From Macrostomum lignano (Eukaryota): a DNA stretch of 64,000 bases. Under the pieces are notes generated by a model that saw nothing but the letters and a program-made list of their open reading frames with translations, ran no database searches and was not told the DNA's origin. Both the position numbers and the translations under genes were made by a program. The stretch is from assembly GCA_002269645.1 (NCBI GenBank), contig NIVC01000019.1, positions 310,001 to 374,000 on the forward strand, written 5' to 3'. Below, piece after piece: positions 11,440 to 37,200 of the stretch (position 1 is its first letter; every line of letters starts with the position of its first letter).

Positions 11440-13218
11440 CTCTGGTCCGAAGCTGCCTTCGTGCAGATTGGCCACCTCCGCTTCCGCCCAGCAACACTGT
11501 TTTTTTCCGCTCTGTGTTATGAAAGATTTTTTTGGACAAAAGCGCAATTTTCATGGCATTAATTGCAGTTTTTGGCGCAGGCGGCACCTGTTGCTTTCAG
11601 AAGCATCTGCTACTGCTGCTGCCGTGTAAGGGTTGAAAGACAAGCTGCAATGCTAAACTGCAATTCTTTAACCTTTTTCACTTCCTATGTCGCTATTTTA
11701 TATCAATAGTTAGTTGTTAAGGAAAGCTTTTTCAAGAATTATTCTCAAGCTTATTTTATTCTAAAAAGTGTCCTATTGGGAATTAGGGACCAAGGGTCAG
11801 ACCAGGGTTTGTTTGACTGCAATTTAATTTTTATGTAAGGCAGAACTCGTCGATAACGTCTTCATGTGGCAAAAAATGAGACAAAACGCGATACTTTAAA
11901 TTTGGCAATAGTTGCTTATAATTACGACAAGCATATTTATTCCTCGTTGCTGTATTGTACTTGTAAATATCAAAATTTTGAATATTACAGAAAAAATGAT
12001 GTAGAAGCAACTATATGATGTACTTGTAAAATATGATTAATAACTATACGCCCTATTTATGGCTAGTCTGTAATAATCAATCCGGCAAAAAATCAAAAAC
12101 AGAACTTCTTCATGAACTTTGTAAACTGACTTGGTGTTTCAAGATTGATAATTTTGTCAGCGGAATTATGAACCGGTACCAGGCGATTAGTGGGCATGGA
12201 GGCCTGGGGATGGGGGATGGCGCCTGCGCACCTGGTCCAGGCCAGCAGCCTCTTGTTGAAGGCGCCATAATTAGTTTGCCTTTCTTTCAACTCTCCACAC
12301 TGTGAGGCTTCGCTGACCGCCAGACTAAAGGAACTATAACCCGACGGATGAGTCAGCACTGCTGGCCGAACTGTGCTCGTTCAGGGACTTCTGGGAACAT
12401 CCCTGGACTGGAAAGGAAGCTTTTTAAGCACTGTTGAAGAGAGATCGACTCAAAATTTGGGGCTCGAGTAGAAAACTTTTCCCGGAGCTTGTCGCGACTG
12501 GCGATATTCTCGTCAACAAGGAAAACCCTGAGGCTCAGCGCATGTACGCATCCATGCTTGTGCACAGGTAGACATGTCTGCTTGCCTCCTTGTTGGCTGG
12601 GAGTTGACTTTTTCAAAAAATAATTGTAAGTCCTTTAATAACTTTTGATTAAACTAACGTAATTAACTTTATTAAGTACTAAAGTACTACTTATTTATTA
12701 ACTTAAGTAGTCTATTAAAACCAAATCCCGTAAGACCTTATAGTCTCACTTATCTCAGTTTGTAATTCAGATAAAGTATTTATTCATGAACCACGGATTC
12801 CGTCTAAAACGTGGGCTTCCAGTCCAGACTGTAGTAGTCTACGGAGTCCATGGCTTCACTGACAAATCCTGTCCATGAGGTGTTAGTTCGCTGGTCCTGT
12901 TTCTACAAGTTTTGCGACTAAACCAGCCAAAGAACTTTTTCAGCAGCTAGCGGACCAGTCAGTCAGTCAGTCAGTCCCGTTATCAGCTGTCTGGAAATCT
13001 TACGCCGCCTGTCCTTCTTTCTGTGAGGCAGCGGAGCTTTAATTGATCCTCGCTGTTTGGGAAGTCTTTCACGGCTCTAACAGACCATATTTACAGTCAG
13101 TGCAGCAAATTTCACTATTTTTTTACATGCATCAGTGGCGTACGAGCGGGGATCAAGCGCCAAAAAAGTGGGATTCACTGTCACTCCCAGGGGCACCATA
13201 TTTGGCCGTCGTGGGAGT

Positions 13219-14935
13219 GTGACAATTGGGGTGTCTCGGGGCTGACAATTGGGGTGTCTCGGGGCTGATCATTGGGGTGTCTCGGGGCCGACAATTGGGG
13301 TGTCTCGGGGCTGACAATTGGGGTGTCTCGGGACTGACAATTGGGGTGTCTCGGGGCTGACAATTGGGGTGTCTCGGGGCTGATCATTGGGGTGTCTCGG
13401 GGCCGACAATTGGGGTGTCTCGGGGCTGACAATTGGGGTGTCTCGGGACTGACAATTGGGGTGTCTCGGGGCTGACAGTTGGGGTGTCTCGGGACTGACA
13501 ATTGGGGTGTCTCGGGACTGACCATTGGGGTGTCTCGGGACTGACAATTGGGGTGTCTCGGGACTGACAATTGGGGTGTCTCGGGACTGACAATTGGGGT
13601 GTCTCGGGGCTGACAGTTGGGGTGTCTCGGGACTGACAATTGGGGTGTCTCGGGTCTGACAATTTCCAGTGTCCGGGGGCTGACAATTCCAGTGTCTGGG
13701 GGCTGAAAATTGCCAGTGTCCGGGGGCTGACAATTCCAGTGTCTGGGGGCTGACAATTCCAGTGTCTGGGGGCTGACAATTCCAGTGTCTGGGGGCTGAC
13801 AACTCCAGTGTCTGGGGGCTGACAATTCCAGTGTCTGGGGGCTGACAACTCCAGTGTCTGGAGGCTGACAACTCCAGTGTCTGGGGGCTGACAATTCCAG
13901 TGTCTGGGGGCTGACAACTCCAGTGTCTGGGGGCTGACAACTCCAGTGTCTGGGGCTGACAATTCCAGTGTCTGGGGCTGACAATTCCAGTGTCTGGGGC
14001 TGACAATTCCAGTGTCTGGGGGCTGACAATTCCAGTGTCTGGGGGCTGACAACTCCAGTGTCTGGGGGCTGACAACTCCAGTGTCTGGGGCTGACAATTC
14101 CAGTGTCTGGGGCTGACAATTCCAGTGTCTGGGGCTGACAATTCCAGTGTCTGGGGCTGACAATTCCAGTGTCTGGGGCTGACAATTCCAGTGTCTGGGG
14201 CTGACAACTCCAGTGTCTGGGGGCTGACAATTCCAGTGTCTGGGGCTGACAATTCCAGTGTCTGGGGCTGACAATTCCAGTGTCTGGGGCTGACAATTCC
14301 AGTGTCTGGGGCTGACAATTCCAGTGTCTGGGGGCTGACAACTCAAGTGTCTGGGGCTGACAATTCCAGTGTCTGGGGCTGACAACTCCAGTGTCTGGGG
14401 GCTGACAACTCCAGTGTCTGGAGGCTGACAACTCCAGTGTCTGGGGGCTGACAATTCCAGTGTCTGGGGGCTGACAACTCCAGTGTCTGGGGGCTGACAA
14501 CTCCAGTGTCTGGGGCTGACAATTCCAGTGTCTGGGGCTGACAATTCCAGTGTCTGGAGGCTGACAATTCCAGTGTCTGGGGGCTGACAATTCCAGTGTC
14601 TGGGGGCTGACAACTCCAGTGTCTGGGGCTGACAATTCCAGTGTCTGGGGCTGACAATTCCAGTGTCTGGGGCTGACAATTCCAGTGTCTGGGGGCTGAC
14701 AACTCCAGTGTCTGGGGCTGACAATTCCAGTGTCTGGGGCTGACAACTCCAGTGTCTGGGGGCTGACAATTCCAGTGTCTGGGGCTGACAATTCCAGTGT
14801 CTGGGGGCTGACAATTCCAGTGTCTGGGGGCTGACAACTCCAGTGTCTGGGGCTGACAATTCCAGTGTCTGGGGCTGACAACTCCAGTGTCTGGGGCTGA
14901 CAATTCCAGTGTCTCGGGGCTGAAAATTTCAGTGT
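13219..14935. repeat. 1.7-kb 22/23-bp tandem array with two sub-domains (ggggtgtctcggggctgacaatt, then ccagtgtctggggctgacaatt)
   Basis: Direct observation; the unit type switches at ~13655-13720. The long ORFs across it are repeat artefacts. Confidence 0.97.
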
Positions 14936-15459
14936 CTGGGGCACTAAATCCACTGTTGGCTGCTGTCACTGCAAAAGCTCCGGTTTTCGCTCGGTCCAAG
15001 CCCCACACTCGGTGGGCTTTAAGCGGCGACAGGATGTCCGAAAAAATCCCCGTTCCCGGGCTAAAGCGGGCCCACCTGTATTGCAGGCAGCAGTCTGGCT
15101 GCACTCGTAAGTCATCGCGAATCCCCTGGTTCATTCAGACGGAGGCCGCATATCGACGAGTCTGCACTGCAGAGAATTACTGCACACCCGGCCCAGCTAG
15201 TTGCTATGGGCCTTCGTAGTTGTTGCTTGTTTTTCACTTTCAGGTCGCACAGACTGCACAGCCAGCCCCATAGCTATGCACTTTTGCTGCCGGGGGTAAG
15301 CAGATATTTTCCTGGATAGTCGATGAATTCTGTAAACAGAATTTCTGCACAAGATCGGATATCCAAGTCGAACCAATGTTTTATCGAAGCCCCTTGAGAT
15401 TGAAGAGTATGGTCTTTTATTCACTTTACGACTGCTGGCTAACATCTCTAAATATCTGT

Positions 15460-16742
<1,283 letters not shown>

Positions 16743-17671
16743 AAACGAAACATTAACTAAAAGAAATAAAAATTGTACTCAAAGAATACTAATCGTAACT
16801 TTGCTATTTTAAATCAGAAAATTATGCTATTATTCATGCTATACTGACAGACAATTCAGAGTTTGCCGGTAGAATTGACCAAACTAATGCTTTACTGATA
16901 CTACTGAATATTGTAGTAGTACGAAATGTCTATAATAAAAAACTGAACTAGATTTAAGCTGCTATGGCCTTCTAAAGATATATTTAATGTCAAATTTTAA
17001 TGTCTATATTGTAGTCAACACTTACAGGTAGGTATTATATAAGCAATACTTGTAGCAAGTTGGACTATTTAATATATCTTCAAATTAGGGAGCCGAGAAA
17101 TGACAAAAATTGTTTTGAAAATTCAATTCCAATTGAAACAGTAAAACTGGGTCGCAGTAAAACCTGTAAAATATTTTTTTCTCACAAGTTGGTGAAATTA
17201 AATCTTATATCAGAAGCAGACTGTTTGCCCGGTTTCCATTGCAAAAAAATAGGAGAGCATTGCAAACGGGGGGCAAGTAAGAGCGCATCCATCGCGTTTT
17301 TGAAGGCTGCATCGATAAGTTCTCGGGATGAAGTCTGAATGGAAGACGGCAACATGCCGGATGCAACTGTGAGCTTGAAACGGGATTTTGGAAAATTTAG
17401 ATTTTTAGTATAATTTTTTCAATGGACACTCCGTCTTGGCTTTATGAAATTAGAATAGCATTTCTACTTGTCTACTTGATTTAGTAGAAAGTTTAGCGCT
17501 AACACAACAACATAGAAGAACGAAGTTGTTTGCAATGACTCTTTAGCGACTCTTTTTCACGACAACTTTTTCAACGGGGGTAAAGCTAGAAAGCTGAAAA
17601 CTTCTCATCTTGCAAACACGCAGCTTCCTTTTATTCGAGTTTTTTAACCACGCAAGACGGCAAAATGTAGG

Positions 17672-20229
17672 TCAATCGCCGCTCCTGCCGGATGCGTCAG
17701 ACTCGCCGGCAGCGGTTGTCACCGTCTCCGCTGTCGCCGCTTCATCCGGGCTGTTCAACTCGCTGGGATAGTCCAGCCACCTGTAGGCCCTAGAGATGAG
17801 CAGCAGGGACACCACCATGAGCTCCATCATGATGAGGAACACCAGCCAGGCCAGCCGCTGCAGGGTGCCGCCGATCAGGAGGCCCACCAGGATGGCCAGA
17901 GCGGACACGGACCTGAAGATGCCCTGCGCAATGTCCATCTCGCCGAGCGGCAGGCCTTTGCTGTACATGCTGTCGGGCAGGGCGATGGCGAACGGGATGC
18001 CGATCACGTGACCAACGATTCCGGTCAGCAGCAGGCCGATGTACAGCGACTTCTGGTGGTTGTTGATGAAGATCAGCGTGACGAAGCTCCAGAAGTACAC
18101 TGCGATGAGGAAGGCGACGCCGAGAATCAACAGCAGCCGGTCAGGGAACTTCGAGGACAGGTAGCGGACCAGGAGGTACACGAATATGACTAGGATGCCT
18201 GCGCCCAGGTACACCAGGCTGGTGTTCTGCTCGTCCCAGTCAAAGTAGCGCTGAGCCACCGGTAACAGGACGGACTCGAGCGCCATCAGGCTAAAGTAGC
18301 TGGAGAAGGTGACGAACAGCATTGCGAAGGTGTCCGGCTTGAAGAACATGCGCACCTTGGCGGAGTTAAGCTGTCGAGTCAGCCGGTCGCACAGCCGGCG
18401 ACAGCGGCCTCCCTCGCTGGCCTCCGTCGGCGGCAGCGACAGCGGCGGGTCGGCGGCGGCGGCATCGGCGGTGCTGAGATTCTCATTGGAGGCAGCGCGC
18501 GACGACTTGGCGCTGACGGTGGTCGGCTCGGCTGATTCGGCTGCCACCTGGCCGTCCGGCTGCATGCGGTCGTGGCTGATGTAGGGGTACACCACGATGA
18601 CGGCCACCGTGTGCACAGCCCACAGCAAGGCCATGAGCAGCCCGGGCGTGTTGTACACGTTGATGACAAAGTTCTGCACCCGGTAGCGCACCGGATGAAT
18701 TATCAACGTCAGGGCCGGGCCTGGTGGTTGCGGGGTGGTGGGAGTGGCGTTGTTGCCCAACTGACTGAAATTCTCTATGGACGGTTTTCCACGAGGTGCT
18801 CCTTCGTGGATTAAAGACTGGCTGCTGTACCGTTTCGGTGCAACGGTTGTAGATATATAAATAAAGCATGAGGCCCGCGAAGCCTCTCTATCCGGGCCTC
18901 GGGTCTTTTGAAACTTCAAAATACTTTGTAGCAATCCAGCCCGCTCAAGCTTTGTGCCTCTTCTCTGCTCTTTTCTCTCCTTTCTCCGGTGAGTCCGTAG
19001 CCCAGTAATGAAAACTAAGACCTGATCAAGAGGAGTAAGAACCCAGAGAGATGTCAGTCAGTTAGTTTGCAGTGAAGTCAGACTTGACAAAGTAGAAAAA
19101 CTTAGAGAATGGTCCTGGTACTTTGTTAAAACCTTTTATATCGTATCAGCTACCAGTTTTGCTCTCCTCTCCTCTGCGGACTATGCTCTCACCCGCGATG
19201 AGTCCGAACTGTCGCACCAGCAGCAGGTACACAATAACGGAGGTGCGCTCTCTCTTGGTGGTCACTCGGACCACGTCAGCGTACAGCGGCGGCTCCGCTC
19301 CAGCTCCAGCGCCGGCCACGAATCGGCCCAGCAGGATGAGCCAGGGCTGGGAGGCGGCGAAGTAGATCAGGTTGCCCGCGATCTCCAGCTGATTGGCGAT
19401 GATGATGAGCAGCTTCACGCGGAGCAGATTCCTGCGCGACAGCCAGCCGAACAGCGGGGTGCAGAACAGGGCGGACACGTTGAAGGCGGCCAGGGTGGCG
19501 CCGTAGAACTGCACGCTGGTCTTCAGGTCGAAGCGGGTGTACAGGTACAGCCAGAGTGTCGGCAGGATGATGGACCGCTCGACTCCGGTGAGCAGGCCCC
19601 AGAAGCCGCCGATGACGGTGACCTGTAAGGTGAATTGATTTGATTTCCAGTGACCCCAGGTGAGATTCCAGAAAGGTGTCTCAAACAATATTGATCAACA
19701 CGTTTAAGACCGTTAAGACCGTATACTCAGCGATCTTCGATATGCCAACGACTAAAAACTCTTAAACCGGTGCTGGTGCGTTATGACTATGCTTATTATT
19801 ACGCTACAAGTTGTACCCTTGGCTACAACCCTTGGCTACAGCCCCCTTGGCTACAACCCCCTTGGCTACAACCCCCTTGGCTACAACCCCCTTGGCTACA
19901 ACCCTTTGGCTACAACCCCCTTGGCTACAACCCCCTTGGCTACAACCCCTAGGCTACAACCCCTTGGCTACAACCCCCTTGGCTACAACCCCTTGGCTAC
20001 AACCCCCTTGGCTACACCACCTGTGCACAAAACACAGAAAGAAATGGATGTGCTAGCAAACCTTGGCCTTGGCTGACAACGGGAACTGACTGCGCAGCCA
20101 CTCGCAGCAGTGCACCAGCTTTCGCACCGGCCGGTTGCTGGTGAGACCGGTGTTCTCTCCGCTGGGTTGCAGCTGCTGCTGCTGCTGCTGCTCATCACTG
20201 TTTGTCTGGCGTTGATACGGATGCGTCAT
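17672..20229 (-). CDS. Major facilitator superfamily transporter, MFSD8/CLN7-like
   Basis: Exons 20229-20062, 19622-19193 and 18720-17672 in frame. Multiple TM helices, MFS-like segments FGWLSRR and LLGRFVAGAGAG, LIAG|PAL...NVYNTPG, second half ending in a cytosolic tail. Confidence 0.9.
19816..20020. repeat. ~15-bp tandem array (cccttggctacaacc) in MFS intron 1
   Basis: Direct observation, ~13 copies. Confidence 0.95.
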
Positions 20230-20469
20230 CACCGCTGCCGATCGCTTAATTAAGGGATAATTGGGGATCCGTTACAGTAGATGACGTGTTTTGTGGTTTA
20301 TTATCATCGCAATATTTTCAACATGATATTTTGCCTCACGTGTCCAGTTGACTTCATATGCAGTCTTTTTAAATAAAATCTTTTACATACTGGCGATTCT
20401 GGCCCACTGCACAGACTTCTGAGCATACAACAAGCGCAACCAATACTGTACTCCAGTGCGCACTCATAC

Positions 20470-20690
20470 ACACGCTCACATAGGGTGTACAGTCACAGGT
20501 ACTGCTTCCTCCTCCGAGGCAACCTCAAGAGTGACATTTGCCCCTTTTGCGAATACGACAATAAAGATGCTCAGCACTTTCTTCCCCACGGAAGATCACG
20601 CTGCAAGTACGGACCGGCGGACCAACCTGACCGGCCACACACTTTTGCCTGTCTGCGGGCCTTCAAAGGCTAGCGGAATGGGCGACCCTC
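20470..20690 (+). mobile_element. Decayed non-LTR retrotransposon 3' fragment (C-terminal CCHC zinc-knuckle region)
   Basis: Translation YCFLLRGNLKSDICPFCEYDNKDAQHFL...LRAF parallels the LINE fragment at 31330-31716 ([21 protein letters not shown]). Confidence 0.4.
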
Positions 20691-21915
20691 GCCTCGCCGC
20701 TGTGTCTACGCACCACCCTGCTGCTAAGTCAAGCCCTGACTTTCTACTTGTACCATGACCTTTGTGCCCGCTGGGCACTTATTCTTGCCGTTTAATGCCA
20801 CAGACTAAATTTAAGCCCGCTTGCAGGAAAGAAATATCGAAATTAGCGGGCAGTTAATGACATTTAATGCCCGATTATTCTGTCCAACTTTGTCAAGGAC
20901 ACAAATGTCCATGGCACAATAATAACAATACCCATGCTTTGCGGGCGTTAATGAGAAATCCTCGGGCGCCATTAATGTACTATTGTCAGGTGTGCACACA
21001 AGCCCCAGATCGCTTAATCTCTGAGGTGCTCCGCCCTGCCTCCTTAGTTAACAACCTCTTGGGACTCGCTCACCTCCTTCACGCGCTTCGACAATGAGAA
21101 AAAGTTTCCAGCTACCAGCTGTTTGCCAGGCTTTTAGCAGAGTGCAGCTTAGGCCACTAACTCTGTTGAGCAGGCCCGAAGATCGCGCGATACCAGCAGC
21201 CTCAGTTAGCTGGGAAAGCCTCCCAAATTGACTGGCTGGAACCCCAGCATTAAAGTGTTTGTCGGGGGGAGTTTTTTAGAATAAAAAATGCTCCATCCCC
21301 CCTTGCGGACTCCCCAGAGGTCTGGTTAACTATCAGCAAATAGCATGCATGCTGGACCCACTGCCCAGCCTCACGGGGCCGCGATGGGGAGTTCCAGATG
21401 ATGATGAAGTGGCAGAAGCTGGCTGTGTCCGGGATCCACCACCCCTCCATGTTGCATCCCCCAGCCCAGCAGTAGTGAGCGCGCACTGTGGCAGGCATGG
21501 AAAGCAATTTTAATAGCAGCTCCCAGAGCTTATATACGGATGGTCAATGATGGGGCATTATGAATTTTGACCCCCAACAAGCTCAGCTGCTCTGTTCTGC
21601 AGTGGAAGTTGGGCTGGCTGCTCGGAGCACCGGCGCGGAAGTCTGAAATTTTCAGCCGCTGTTGCCGATGCAGCTTCCCAGTTCCTATGGGAAATTTTCC
21701 CAATAAAGCCAGCTAAACCGCACCGCTAGCCTGCCCTGCTAATAAAAAGTTTGAATTTCAAACAAATTTAAGCCAACAAATAAGTGACTGATGCGATTTT
21801 CTGCTTTGTTCACGATTTCTTCATCTATGGAGTAGAAAACGCGCACGATACTACTGTCGCAGCAAAATGCATCTCCGAGATGAAAGGCTTCAGTACTTTA
21901 GCGCTAAATGAGCGC

Positions 21916-22402
<487 letters not shown>

Positions 22403-22980
22403 TACTAGTAAGCAGAAATAAGACAGAAATAAGCAGAACCGAACCTACTCAGGTTGACTCAGTGAACAAGAAGGCTCACTCTGAGAAATTCATTTCCCGC
22501 AAGACACCAAAGCAGAAGTATTAATAAAGGCTTCGCAAATTCATTTAAGCCGGGTGCTCAATCTGCTAGAAAATTCTTTTATTTCATAACTATAAAAACT
22601 TGCATTTATTTTTAAGCCAGCGAATTGTGTACAGTTTACTGATTATTCGACGCTTCGAAACGCTGCTACTAAATGTGAATCAGATGGAGCGAGCGGATCA
22701 GACAGAGTACAGGGGAAGTACAAATGTCTGCACTTTTTTGCGTTAGCTACGCAAGCGATTTACACCTGGCTCCATGGTAAATTAATGAAGATTAGCTTGT
22801 GTTGATGATCCTATAGCATGATAAAGTTGATTTAGCTAAGCAAAAAATCAACTACTTATAGTAACTAACAATGTTTTAGTGAAAATATGCCTTTAATTAT
22901 TTTTTAATTGTAGGTTAAGAATGAATCACTCCTTGCACCTGAGAAATGCTACCCCATCAGCATCTCGCTGCATTAGTTTA

Positions 22981-23200
22981 GTCAGCATCCAGCTGCATCA
23001 ATCAGCATACAGCTGCATCAATCAGCATCCAGCTGCATCAATCAGCATCCAGCTGCATCAATCAGCATCCAGCTGCATCAATCAGCATACAGCTGCATCA
23101 ATCAGCATACAGCTGCATCAATCAGCATCCAGCTGCATCAATCAGCATACAGCTGCATCAATCAGCATCCAGCTGCATCAATCAGCATCCAGCTGCATCA
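22981..23200. repeat. 20-bp tandem array (atcagcatccagctgcatca) x11 immediately 3' of the LHFPL stop codon
   Basis: Direct observation. Confidence 0.97.
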
Positions 23201-23216
23201 GTACTCCTCATCAGCT

Positions 23217-33603
<10,387 letters not shown>

Positions 33604-34256
33604 GGCGTCGGGGGCGAAAGGGTTAGAGGCTGGATTATCGATGAAGCTGGTCTTGGCTCAGTGGGAGCAATAAGGCTAATCCTCTGCTCTTTTACAGTTG
33701 CGATAAGCTCGCTCCCATTCCTGCCAGCCTCCCATTGGATGGAGCCAGACACAGCCAATGCCTTGAAACTCTACACTGTACTTTTAATTTATTTCATCAT
33801 CTGGCCTGTACAGTGCTTGTTCACTCGTGCAAGTAGCGAGAGTGTCTTCTCTCTTTGTGGCATCCTGAAGCAAAGAGTAACAGTGTCTTGTGTGTGTGGC
33901 AGCCTGTTCAAGTAAGTCTTTGGCTTTCCCACAGAGGTCGCAGTATGGCTAAAGGTATCGCGCCACCAACCGTTTGTGAGTTGCTCGTTCTGTTAAAATT
34001 AACATTATTTTTGCGTGAGTGTGCGTCAGTGCGTGAGTCCGCATCGCGCGAGTGGTTCCACCCACAGCATATTGCGATGCAATGAGTGGTTCGATCAAAG
34101 TACTCGTATACTTACATGTAGCTCTTCTGACCTCTGACTTCTCTAAGAGCATAAATACTGGCGCTGGCTGGAGCGCAAACTCGCTCACTCGGACCAGAGA
34201 CAGCTTAGGCTTAACCCATCTTCAGCTACAACCCACTTTATCGCCTCTCGAAGATA

Positions 34257-37200
34257 ATGAAGTTCCTAGCCGTGATTCTGGCCGTCTGCGTCGTCGGTAG
34301 CAGCGCGTTCAGCTTCCGTCGTTGCGGTGAGTTATCGGGACGAATCGTGACCAAATTTATGACGAAATAAACATGTCGACCGCCTCAATCAACTATCATC
34401 TCATCTCTGGACTTCAGGTGGCAACAATGACCTCGACGTTATCAGCGCCAACGTGAGGCCCGCCCTGATCAGCTTCCCCGGCCGATCCAGCGTCAGCTTC
34501 GCTGGCAAGGTCACTCGCAGCTTCAGCGACCTCGACCTGAAGCTGGAGGTTTTCCTGAAGTCTTCTTTCGGCGAGTTCCCGATGCCCTGCCCCTTCAACT
34601 TTGGCTCTTTTTGGTAAGTCGGGGAACTTAAAGATCTTCACTGAAAGACTGGGGAGCCGCGGCAATACTCGTTTTCCTTTGGACCGCTTAGAGAATTTAA
34701 GGGTTTAGGGACTGTGAACCGAAGGTTTCATTGTCTCCTATGCGAGCTGGGTATCGGCAACCGACGAAGGAGAATACGACAATACGGCGAAATCGGCGAA
34801 GACACGCTATTTTACACTGGTTTTCTAGTCAGCCGTTGAGTAAGAGGAATTGGCTCGTGCTGAGTGACAACTTGAGATGTGCTTCGGTCTCTCCGGTATT
34901 AATGACCAGCTAATTCGTCTGCTGGCTGAGAACTCTTGATCATAATTATTTTTCAGTGGCGCTGTTTGAGAGTCAAGCAATTGTGCACCCGCATGAAATG
35001 TCTTGAAGTTTTAAGAAATTATCGATGGGATGCCGCGACGAGCACAAAATCGACGTAGAATGAATAGAATGAGTGGTCAGGTCACTGGTACCACTTCAAG
35101 CTGAAAATTTCGGGTGCTCGTGCTTGCAACTGGCAGAATGTTGGCCTTGTGTTTGTCGTCACACTCCCCCCCCGTGTGTCTGTTTTCGAATTCCACTACT
35201 TCGACTGTTGTTGGGTGGTGAGCGTCAGCCTAGTCCTCTTTGAACAGCTTGTTGAGTGATCAAGACTGCTCAAGACCTGCTCAAGACCGATTGAGTTTGC
35301 TTGAGGAGTTCAACCTCTGAGTTGACTGACGAAGTCCCGGTAGCAAGATTGTTCACTTACTGGCTCTCAAGCTGATGATGGATTGTTGACGATGCCTCTC
35401 TTTGTTCCGAAGATGAAACAGGAGTACCCCCTGAAGAATCAACGGACTGCTCACCGAGGCCGAAAGGAGTTGTACGTAACGTAGAATGCGCACATTTAAG
35501 TCTTTATTGTAAGGCCGTGCTAGCTCTATTCAAAGACGCTTCGTGGAACTGTCTTCATTTTCAACCGGCAGCTGTGGAAGATAATTTCTGATAGTTTCTG
35601 CGTCGTCGTTAGGCGGCACCGACTCGTTAATGCCGTTTTGCAGCTGTTCTTGCTGGATTTTGTCGTTGTCTTCTGGCGTAGCTTTTCGACTGTCGTACTT
35701 AAACGACGGTGGGCAAGATTGAAGTTGTCGGGTAAGATTTCTCGAGATCCTTCTTTGAATGGCAAGTTAGTTACATATAGCGATCTTACTGAAACTCTCA
35801 ATAGTAGCAAGAAGCTGGACCCGGCCGTTTCTTTATTCATCAAGTATCCCTTGACTCACCAGCATAGTTCACGTCGTAGATGATTCGCCGGTCCTGCCTG
35901 AGATGCTCAGTTTGCCACTGCCATTGCCAAATTGCTCTCTACTGCGACCGGTCTTTTTCCGCTCTCGGTTCTAACGAGGTTGCAGTCTACCAGGTCTTAG
36001 AAATGGTCGGCACCGATTAGAAGGGAGATTTACTCTTTGGCATCTCGAACATCAAACCGATCGGCAAGATCAAGACGCTGAATCTCTGGATGTGCGTTCA
36101 GAGTCACTGATAATTTGGGTTCGCATATCTAAGGAATCGTGTAGCCATTCAAGGAAAAAAATCTTCACCGTTTGAACCCCCCTTCGAATGCGGAAGCGTA
36201 CTATGTCCGATGTAAACTCGGCGCTGCTGGATCCAAAGGTGTTGGCACTCAGCACTTCAGTTGCCTCCGCTGAAAAACAACTGTCGGCTTAAGTTCTGTC
36301 TGATGTAGGTTTCATTGCTGGCTGTATCGAATATCGCGCGGATCAGCGCATCAGTCTTCCGGCAGCTGACGAACTGACGATGATGCACTTTTAGCAGTTG
36401 GCATGATCACGGTAGGATTAGAGTGGACGACAAAGGACTGGTTTTTGGAGACAGGGGTGCTCTCGGGAGTCACGGCCACGGTCGTTGTACTATTACCAGT
36501 TTGAAGAAGCAGGAATTTCAGATATCCGAGGGCCTCTTTTTTGTCTTGGTAGGATCTGGGGCAACGCTGTTTCCGGTATGCGTAGTCAGGCAGATGCTTG
36601 AGTGGTGCATTTTCTGAAAGATGACGAAAGAAAAAATGATGGAAACAAAAAGTAATCAAATTTAATTACAGAAAAATGCGGCGAAAAGGTTTGACTACTA
36701 AAAGCCTATAGCTATCAGTTAAATGTAAAACGCAGAAATCTAAGCTAGGATTTATAATGCGTATTGATAATGGTAATCAGATACGGGGCAGATTGACCAG
36801 GAAGGACACGTAGTTGATAGAATCAGAGAGTTGGTACAACTGCAGATTCGAACTCCTGTCTGGGGGCCGATTCGATGCCGACTGTCAGTGAGTTTTCATT
36901 TAGTGTAGAGATTTTCCCTGTTCGGGTGCCATGTAGTTGAATTTCACCATTTGGACCACTATAGAACGGCTGACGATATATTTCTCAAAACATTTACTCT
37001 CTCATCGCCCAATTTAAACATAGAGCAGAAATTAGTCTCGAGGGGGGGCAAGAGAGTGTATGTCTATGTACGAGCTATTTCGTACTTGCGAATTTAATGA
37101 GCACAAAGCAAAAAAGTATTGAATGCAAATACGAGTACAAAATACAAATAGATCAAAGGGGTAGCGGTGACCATTTAAACAACATACTACCTCACAAAAT

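Noticed and set aside
12090-12640. GC-richer block with several short ORFs downstream of Rac
   Set aside because: No frame gives a recognisable motif or consistent splice sites; possibly an old TE remnant but unsupported.
21100-21720. GC-rich block upstream of the MFS gene with short ORFs
   Set aside because: No recognisable protein or element signature in any frame.
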